A stretch of DNA of 63,819 bases, counting the filler, from Conidiobolus incongruus B7586 (lineage: Eukaryota): the NCBI GenBank assembly GCA_000697335.1. It is 7 parts of 7 records of this genome, joined end to end, with 100 filler letters (N's around TTAATTAATTAA, not from the genome) between each part and the next. Parts side by side here need not be neighbours in the genome. Positions count along the whole stretch, not along the records: positions 53,123 to 62,011 come from JNEM01000185.1; positions 62,112 to 63,819 come from JNEM01000192.1; 5 more parts are not named here. The stretch is one strand, 5' to 3'. This document shows, in pieces, positions 54,261 to 63,819 of the stretch. The translations under genes were made by a program, and so were the position numbers. The notes under the pieces are model-generated. The model saw only the letters and a program-made list of their open reading frames with translations. It was not told the DNA's origin and did no database searches. Position 1 is the first letter of the stretch; the number at the start of each line of letters is the position of its first letter.

Positions 54261-55632
54261 TTGAGTTTTTTATATTTTCAAAAAATACTGGGTGATAATT
54301 TGATTTTCCAATGTTATATAAATCACAAAATCAAAATATTTTATATAAAATTTACTTATTGTATTTTTTATATTTTGGATTAATTATATTTTAAATATAT
54401 ATTTGCTCATAATTGAAGCAAATATTTAATCATTCTCTCCATTATATCAAAATAACCACATATTTCCTAATATAATCATTTTGTATTATTACACTCAAAA
54501 TAATATATCAAAATATTTAAAATTACCTTAATATAAACCAATATTTCATTGAATTGCACCATTACTGATTTTGTATCATTTACCTTATTTAAAATTTAAT
54601 TTAAAATAAATATATGTATTTAATAAATTTGGATATCATATATTAAATTAATGGAGGTAATTTCTCTTTTTTAGTAAGTTATACACCATTAATAAATATT
54701 GATTTTATGATATTAATCTAATATATTAAATCAAATTCATAGAACTAATATCCAAAACATTTTAATCACGCTATTTAATTAAATCTTCTAAAGAATACTG
54801 AGCCAATAGAGGTTATAAATTTAATATTTTTTTGAATTCTTTATTAAAATATGAATTATTACTAAAAAATAAATCCAAAAATTTAAATCCACAACCCTAT
54901 ATACCTTCGTTAGTTAAGGTATTGAAATATCAATTCTATATTTATTAATTAATCATATTTGTTTGGGTATTTGAAGATGTTAGAAGTTTCAATTTCATAT
55001 ATTAATCTCGTATATATCAATAATTGAAACCTATATTACTTACAATTAATCAAATTAATTTCATAACTAAATGAAGATAAATATAAATATAAATATAATA
55101 AATGTTTACAATGTCGAAGAGTTTCAATATCTTACATATGGAATCACCCTGGTAATTCAATTTAAATTAATTGATAAATCTAAATTTTAATATGTGGTAA
55201 TTAATAATTTTCACCTTTTCTATTAATTTGAATTTATTTAAATAGTGAAATTTGCTTTTTGATATTCAATTACAATCAGTATCTTAATTTTTAACTAATT
55301 CCAAAATTTTTTTATAGTATATTACAGCTATCAATTTTTTGAATAATTTCTATTTAGATTATTCAATGCTTTTTATGGTAAATATTTTATTTACAATTAA
55401 AATTTCCTTTTCAATAAATTTCCTAAACCTGAAATCCAATGAAATGAATGATAATCTGTTTATGTTATTATTTAGATTTGTTACAAAATTTCCAAACTAT
55501 TAGATTAAGAATATTATGAAATGATGGATGATCATACATAGAAATAATGAAATCATCATATTGTATAATGAATATAAATGCCTAAAAAATATCAAATTTC
55601 AAACTCAAAAATTTCAATTATTTAGGTTAACA

Positions 55633-55818
55633 ATGAAATATTTAACTTATTTTCTGTTCACATTATTATCAGGATATCAATCTGCTGGAATCAATCAGGG
55701 AGTCATTGGTTCGGCAGAAACCACTGGTCAAGGCCGAGTTGCTCCAGAGTTTAGCCCTGTGAACACTTTTACTACCAATGATGCTACCTTTCTATCGGGT
55801 ATGATGGGGTTCTTCTAA
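55633..55818 (+). CDS. Small secreted peptide A (61 aa)
   Basis: MKYLTYFLFTLLSGYQSA-GINQGVIGSAETTGQGRVAPEFSPVNTFTTNDATFLSGMMGFF. TATAAA at ~55574, coding-like GC, AATAAA downstream. Paralog at 56653. Confidence 0.7.
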   Translation: MKYLTYFLFTLLSGYQSAGINQGVIGSAETTGQGRVAPEFSPVNTFTTNDATFLSGMMGFF

Positions 55819-56652
55819 TAAATAGCGTACTGAATACCAAATGTGATGATATTGATAAAGTTTATTTAATAAATCACTTGGATTATTTAAAATTTAATAT
55901 AAAATTTCATTCAATTATTTTCCAAATACTATTGAAAACTGAATAGACGTATAGTTAGCTATAAATAAAATTTGCTTAGAGAGTAAATTAAATTGAACAA
56001 AAGAACTTCAATGTATGTGAATTTTATAATAATATTTTGATACCATAAGTTACTAATATATTAATATACCATTGTATAAAATCCTAATTATTGAACATCT
56101 TTGAATCCCAATTTATTTTAATATCGTATTTATTGGATTAATTTTTGTTTACAAAAGTTTATGAGTGTAATATTACATATAATATAATACTTACTGGAAG
56201 TCAATCAAATATAATATATTTTAATATGAATTAATATACCTTTCACTATATCAAATATTAAAGAAAACCACAAAATTATTAAAATCAAGGATGGTAAAAA
56301 TTTTTTAAAAGAGGTATTGGTGGGGCATCTTGAATATTACATAAGAATTATTCTACTTGGAATATTAAAAGTAATTAACAGTGAAAATATTGGAAACAAA
56401 ATATATATATAATTTCATATATCCCTTACTACCCTATCTCAATATAATTGTAGATCACATAATTCAATTAATCAATATTAATAATTAAAATGCTTCAAAT
56501 TGTCAACTTAATTTCCAATACGTCATATTGGTATCAAAAAATTTCAGACTGTTTGAATTTGTTTGATACTGGATATTACCAAAGCTATGGGCAGATATAT
56601 AAAAACCACTATAAAATTAACCTGAGATATTGCTTTAATCAATTTTTGAAAA

Positions 56653-56781
56653 ATGAAAACTTTTGCTTTCGTAATTTTGACACTCATTGCTGGATACTAT
56701 TCGGCAGGAATTATTCAAGGTGTTACCATAGTTGGGGGACAAGTTAGAAATCCTGTAAAAAATAAACAAGATAAAAACTAG
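56653..56781 (+). CDS. Small secreted peptide B (42 aa; 53 codons if the TAG is read through or is a recent mutation)
   Basis: MKTFAFVILTLIAGYYSA-GIIQGVTIVGGQVRNPVKNKQDKN*EMEAGLDFNV*. TATATAAAA about 55 nt upstream, aaaaATG context. N-terminus homologous to peptide A. Confidence 0.65.
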   Translation: MKTFAFVILTLIAGYYSAGIIQGVTIVGGQVRNPVKNKQDKN

Positions 56782-57200
56782 GAAATGGAGGCTGGTCTCG
56801 ATTTTAATGTTTAATTACTTTTTACAAATCTAATAAATCCATTTTATCACTTTATCATAAAATCTATGGAAATTATTTTGAATTTTAAAATTTTTTAGTG
56901 ATATTTCATATTTTCATTATATATCAAAATCATTCAGTATTAATATAATTTTAACAACGTTTTTATATCTATATTACTTTTCATGATTTTTGCTTATTAT
57001 ACATTCATTAAATTAGATCTACAAATATACACGGGGATTTTAAAATTAATAGTAATTGAAAACTAAGTGAAATTACCCAATTCGCCTAAATTTTTGGAGG
57101 AAATTCGTGAATATTGAAATTCATTGGAAATTTATATAAATTGAATCAATGTCCAATATAATAAATTCATATTTTTGTAATAGTAATTAATCTAATCTAG

Positions 57201-58921
57201 ATGAATTCTAATAATCCTTTCTTTACAGTTAACACCTATCCCAATTACAACAACCAACAAGAGAATCAAAATTTGAATCCATATTCAACGGTTAGTGGTT
57301 ATTCGAATTTCAATACCAATGGTATCAATAATAACAACTCCAATCCATTTCCCACAGTGAATGAATACAGTCTACCTAATAATAGCCAATACAACACCAA
57401 TAATTTCAATACTTATTCCAGTAACAGTCAAACTACACAGTACCCTCCAGGTTCTCCACCCAATATCAATCCAAATCAACAGTATGCAATATCCCAGCAA
57501 CTGGGTCAATCCCAATCTAAGTTCAATACAGTCACGAATGGAGAAAAATTCAAATTGATATCGAGCTTGCGCGACCCCGTGCCACTCACGTTATTCGTAA
57601 TCATGATTACAGGGTTCTTCATAGTATTGGGCCTCAATCTGTACAAACTCAACTGGTCGCAATTTTCCAACTCGGACTTTCTATCCGTACCCAATGAAAT
57701 TTATATTATTTCAATATTTGGTGGTATTATACTAAGTTTATTAGTGAGTGGCTGTTATTTAATATTGATGCAAACGTAACTAATTTCCTTCAATTATCTT
57801 AATTCATTAACTAATCCAAATCATTTAGCATACCTGGAGGGCTGATCCGTCTATCATTCTGGCTTCATGTGCTTCTCTATATGGTGATCGGCTTCTTCCT
57901 ATTGTCAAGCTACTCAAACCCTCTCAATTTGGTCGTCGGCATCCTATTCATCTTCAGCGGGATCTTCTACGCATTTCTGTGGGTTTCGTGGCGTAAGTTC
58001 ATTCCTTTCAGTACTTTAATGCTTAAAAATGTTACTCGGTTTTTAAACAAGTATCCTACGACTATTGTAGCGAGCTTTGGGTTTTTAATTCTGGGATTTG
58101 GATTTTATATTCTTTGGAGCTTTACATTCATCAGTGTTTTATTTAATTACAGTAATAATGGAGGAAGTCAAGCTGCGCTCTGGATTATCGTGATTTTTCT
58201 GTTGTTTGTGATCTATTGGACTTCTCAATGCATAAAAGACTTATGTCACATCACCGTGAGTGGAATCTTCGCCGCAGATTACTTCTTCCCGGATGGCGAC
58301 AGGTTTCCGGTGTTGAAGTCCTTGCAGCGCGCTCTAACTACTTCTCTTGGATCTGCATGCTTCGGATCGTTACTTATCGCAATTGTACAGATTTTGAGAA
58401 CGTTAGTCAATATTTCTAGGAGTCAAAATAGTGGCATCATCATGTTTGTTGGTTGTTGTTTGGAGTGTATTTTGGCTACGTTTCAGGGTCTTATCTCCTA
58501 TTTTAATACGTATGCATACACTTATTGTGCGATGTATGGGTTGCCGTACCTGGAAGCTGGAAAATCTACATGGACTTTGATTAAAGATCGTGGTATCGAA
58601 GCTATTATTAACGATTGTTTAATTGCCAATGTTCTTTCGCTCGGAGGCTTTATCGTGGGTGGCTTAAGTGCTCTACTAGCACTCATCGTCATCGTCATCA
58701 AAATGCCGACATATATGCTAAATTATGGTTTCGTCATTGTAATCATTGTGAATTGGATCCTAGGTAAACTCATCTTCAATATTGTGGGATCAGTAATCGA
58801 AAGTTGTAATATCACATTTTTCGTATGTTTAGCTGAAGATCCTTTAGCACTCAAACAGAATCAAAATGCGTTGTATGAGCAGATTAGGAGGGAATACCCC
58901 CAGATTGAGTATCCGGTTTAG
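57201..58921 (+). CDS. PNS1: Choline transporter-like (CTL/SLC44) protein Pns1, 2 exons
   Basis: Intron 57776-57828 joins the two ORFs. Motifs WRKFIPFS, YWTSQ..HITVSG, RALTTSLGSACFGSLL, YFNTYAYTYCAMYGLPY, RGIEAIINDCL and FVCLAEDP. Confidence 0.92.
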
Positions 58922-59879
58922 ATTATTCATATATAGAATATAGTTAAATTAATTTAAAATTATTATTGAATATATAAGAATATATTATATAATTTTAGTA
59001 AATTTATCACATTGAAATCTTTATGATATTTATCGATCTAATAATGAAATAATAATCAAAGAAAACTTACAATTTTGAAAAAAAACCTGTATTTTAATAG
59101 TTCAAATTGGTTATCTTATAATAAAATTATTATTATAATTATTGATAGAAACTAAGTTTTCTCTTTAAAAATTATTTAAGATTTGATTTGGTTGAGTTAT
59201 ATATATCAATTTAAATGGATATCCAGATTTAATAAAACAACAATTTTGAAAAATGGTTTGAATATTATAGAAAATATAAATATTAAATACCGACTTAAAT
59301 TCAAATTTTATCACCAATATCAGTATAACAAATGACAAATTATTATAACCTAAAATGTTCATTTTTTAATTCTGTTTTTATTAAATGTAGTGTTAGCTTT
59401 ATTATCATTAATATATCCATATATCATATAATTTTATTATATAATATTTTTAAGTCTGTTCCCAAAATTAAAGAATAATTAAAGTATAAACTACTATTAA
59501 TTATAATTTCAGATTTTAATAATTTTTGAAATTTATTTTAATTTTTATTTTTTCATATTATAGATTTTTCTATATATGAATAAAATAGCTTCATTTTATA
59601 ATTTAATATATAATATAATGATATTATTTTAACATTATCCATTTTTGAGTCTGTTTTCAAAATTGAAATTTATACTATTATTTATATATAATTGAATGTT
59701 TTTATTAACCTGGTAACTCCTAATTAGATCAAAGTTAAATTTAGCTATTAAAGAAAAACACTAAACAAATATATATATTATGAAATAAAATCTGATTACG
59801 AAGTATTTTTAGTTACCAAAATTAATAAAAGAATTCGATATATATATATATATATATATAAAGTACTATTAAATTTCAA

Positions 59880-61400
59880 TTTAACTTTAATGTAGGTGAA
59901 ATTGAAAAAGTTATTACTATTCCTAAATTAAAAGAATTTAGTCTTAATGTATTTTTCGAAGTATTAAAAAGTAAATTCAAAAATTACAATTAAATGCTTT
60001 TAAAAATTAGATTGGTTTAAATATTATTTGTATGAAATATTAAGCTTCAAAGAAATACATGAATATCTATTATATTTGATAAAAGTATAGGAAAAGCTTG
60101 TGATATAAACTATATCAAAGACTAAAATAACAGAAAATAGTTGGATTTTGTAATTTACTATATTTTGAAAAAAATATTAATCCATCTTTATATTATATCA
60201 AATATTCTCAAATTTGATAAATAATAGCTATTGGCAATATGATCTGAAAAAATAATATTAAAAAATAAATAGTTAATTTACAAACTGAAAAATCAAGTAT
60301 ATAAGATTTAAATTATGGATCCTAATTTAAATATATACTATCCAAAGAAATATAAATAATATTAAGAAATATTTCAAATACCAAATATCAAACAACATTT
60401 ATATATCTTGGTAAAATAATAAGTTTTTTCTAATATCAACTTTTTTATCTCTTGATGAGGAAAGAGTTTGGAATTGATTAAATATGAAAAAAATAGCTAT
60501 TATTTTATTTTAATTAACAATAAAATGAAATAAGGGAAAATAAATCGTAAAAGTAATTATATCATTATGAAGCTTATTCGAATGATTTTATGTAAATAAT
60601 TGTAAAAGCTGAAGTATTAATTCCAACATAATATATATTTCTAATAAATAAAAGAAATTCATAGGTTGAAATATACAAATCATTAGAATAAATACAAGTC
60701 AAAGAATTTTTGATATATATTATTCTTATGAATAAACAAATTTGATATCATATTTTATGAATTATTACTAACAGAATTGAATTATAGTAATAGAATGTTT
60801 TTATTTCAAAACTGTGGCTATTAATTAATATAAATAATTTTTAAATAAAAACCATATATATGATAATAGGTTCATATACCTAGAACCATATAAACCTTTA
60901 TTAATTAAAGACTTGATTTCTATTGTGCTTTTCCTTTTACCCAACAGATGTTTATATCATTAATTATAGCTACTTAAACAAGTTCAGAATATTAAGGTTA
61001 TATTTTAAAATAATATATAAATCCTATATAAAGGATTGATCGATAATTAGTATTATATAACTTTTTTATTAAAAGAAAAGCAAACCAAACATTAATTTAT
61101 TTCAAATATATATTTGACTATATTAATATAAATTGTAAAATGATTTTGGATATTTTTTTATATTCAATGAAAAAGATTCCCAAGGTGAAATATTTATCCA
61201 TGGAAATTTTTCTCATGGAATATTTCATAAATAATTTCAAAAAATATATTAATATTTTAGTTTTTGGTTATTACTTAGTAACTAAAAAAATCGAGATATT
61301 TGATTTAATTTATATAAGAATAATGATATTGATATTTAATTTAAAGAAACTTAAAAATTAATATCATTTAATAAATGTTTATTAAAATATATTAACTGAA
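59880..61400 (+). mobile_element. Highly degenerate pogo/Fot1-like (DDE_1) transposase relic
   Basis: Ordered remnants FLSLDEE (~60440, cf. N.DET), IYDN (~60860) and IVLFLLPN..L*LL (~60920-60975, cf. FLPP..T..LQPLD). An imperfect direct repeat agtctgtt..caaaatt lies upstream at ~59453 and ~59647. Confidence 0.4.
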
Positions 61401-62011
61401 TAATATACCATGATTTAATTTAGAAATATCTATATAAAAAATAATATAACGTCTAATGATCATTTATTATTTTGAAGTTTATTATATTTAAATCTTGGAT
61501 ATTAACTGAAATATATTTTAAAATTTATAATATAAAGATATAAATTTTACTAAAGAAATTAATTAGCATAATAATATAAAAATCAAAATTAAATAGAGTC
61601 ATAAGTTAAAATTGATTCAAGATAAATATTATAGATTAATAATTTTTGCTCTTTTTAATAACCCTTTGCCAAATTTATGGCAAGCTTTTAATATCTAAAG
61701 AATAGTTCTCATATTAATTTTAGCTTAATACTTTATAAACCGATTGAACTTATTTACAAAAATTTTTCTTTTTTGCAAGGATATAATTTAAGTGATAATA
61801 AAAATATAATTATCTGTGGTGGATTTTAATTAATATACAATATTTAATAACCTTGGTTTAATTTATATATATATCTTTAATAGATTAAATATTATATATC
61901 ATATAACTATTATTAAATTCTATATAGATCTGTTATTTATATTAAAAATATAAATTAACTAATAATATTATTATGAACTTGATTATAAAAATATCTATAG
62001 AGTTATAGATA

Positions 62012-62111
62012 NNNNNNNNNNNNNNNNNNNNNNNNNNNNNNNNNNNNNNNNNNNNTTAATTAATTAANNNNNNNNNNNNNNNNNNNNNNNNNNNNNNNNN
62101 NNNNNNNNNNN
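62012..62111. other. Assembly linker
   Basis: N44-TTAATTAATTAA-N44. Confidence 0.97.
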
Positions 62112-62639
62112 ATATTTAAAAATTAATTAAAACTTTTAATTAGATATAAAAATTTAAATAATTACTTTTTTAAGAAAGGATATATTTTTAAAAAAATATA
62201 TAAGTATTATATATTATAAGCAAATATCATTTAAAAATATTGGATATAATTTAGTTATTTTTTTATGTAAATATATAAAATATGAATATTCAAAATAATT
62301 TCATTATTAATATTTATCAACTTATAAAATAATTGACAAAAAAAAATAAATAGCAAAATATTTAGCTTTTAATTTTTTGAACAAAATATATATTATAAGA
62401 AAATAAACTATATTTCAAATAAATAAAGAATTATTATTTATATATTATATATAACCATCTATAATAATATTTCATTGAAATTTTTTTAAAAATTTATCAT
62501 TAAATTTGAATATTTTTAAATTAATCAGTATATCACCAAATATTATTAATTGTATTATTATTTTGTAAATTAAATAATGGGAATTTTTTGTAATTGAAAA
62601 AAAATAAATATTTTAATATATAAAAAGTAAAAATAAGTA

Positions 62640-63700
62640 TATAATATAAAATTAATAATTTCTTTTATTTCTAATAACTTTTTGCTATATTTTTAACAAA
62701 AATCTAATATCTAAAAAATAGTTCTTTTTATTAAAAACTGAAATTTGATATTTCACAAACCAATTAAATTTTTTTGTAGAAATTTTCTTTCTTATAAGCT
62801 GGTTTTTTAATTGCTTAAAGCAATTATAATCACATAGGTTATAATCTGAAGAATATATTAGATATGGTAGTTTTTTCCAGTTATTTTTAATTAGAAAGTT
62901 TTTTATAACTTTAGATTTATATATCTTATAATTATCATGCAAAATAATAGGTTTTCTCAAATTTTATTGAAAATACCAATTAAAAATAATTTTATTTAAA
63001 AAAGAAATATAAAGTTAATTATTAATTTATTTTTCTTTAGGAACTAAGTAAAAATAGCATATGCTATTATAATCTATTATAATAATTAACATTTGTTTAT
63101 TAATAAAGTGTTTATTTAAAGGAATTTGTAAAGGGGGTTGATTTAGCATAATCTAACACTTTGATTTTTGTTTTAATAAAGGATTATATAAATTAATTTA
63201 AGATTCATCAATTATAATAATTCACTGTAAAAACCTTGGTTTCTAGTTATACTTTATTAAGTTTTATTTAGTAATAGCTATTCTAGCTTTTTTTTAAACT
63301 TTAGACAAATTATAAGGTACTTATTTTACATTTTTATTAATTAATTTTAATTTAAACTTTAATATATATATAATACTTATGTAACTAATATTATAATATC
63401 TGATAATTCTTTAACTGAAATAAAAAGGTGTTTTTTAATATAATTTTTCATTTTATTAATAATTTAAAAAATAATAGTTGAAATTAGTTTTCTAGATTTT
63501 AATAGGATTTAAATAGTTTCTCTCTTAGTTTTAAAGTAATTTACCTAGCAATAAATTGTTAATTTAGATAATGTTTTATTACCAAAAGTTGCTTATATAT
63601 TTTAAATAATTTTAGAGGGTTTATGGTTAAGTTTTACTAATACTAAAATAAAAAACTTTTGATAGTTATTATTTAGTTTAAGCATAATTAAATTAAATAA
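62640..63700 (-). mobile_element. Degenerate mariner-type transposase relic
   Basis: IILHDNYKIYKSK..WKKLPYLIYSSDYNLCDYNCFKQLK matches the mariner HDNA..H and L.HPPYSPDLAP.DY..F motifs. The upstream extent is approximate. Confidence 0.75.
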
Positions 63701-63819
63701 CTAATTTTAAAAAAATTATTTTTTTAATCAAAAAAGTTATTATATATATATACACTAGCTTACAAAAGTAAGTTATAAAATTATAATTATATATATTATT
63801 ATTAATAACTTTATTAATT

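Noticed and set aside
56490..56747. 85-aa ORF from the track
   Set aside because: It overlaps the TATA box and, in another frame, the better-supported peptide B gene.

Overview
Very AT-rich eukaryotic DNA with short (about 40-65 nt) spliceosomal introns. The gene set (exomer Chs5, TBCE, NAA10/ARD1, TSC1, PNS1, an intronless class-A-like GPCR, an intronless F-box-like/LRR family) points to an early-diverging fungus; a Conidiobolus-like entomophthoralean is my inference, not proven. The window is seven contigs joined by six artificial 100-nt linkers (N44-TTAATTAATTAA-N44). The contigs mostly have a gene island in the middle and extremely AT-rich, transposon-decayed ends. It holds about 16 protein-coding genes, a tRNA-Gln(UUG), a U2 snRNA, pseudogenes and degenerate Tc1/mariner and pogo-like relics. 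Best leads: (1) a strand-oriented CCCATAA element roughly 60-250 nt upstream of unrelated protein genes and of U2; (2) a CpA->TpA-biased, RIP-like decay pattern in transposons and duplicated genes; (3) a tandem pair of tiny secreted-peptide genes, one missed by the ORF track; (4) a four-copy F-box-like/LRR array in birth-and-death. All family calls come from motif recognition by eye; no database search was run.
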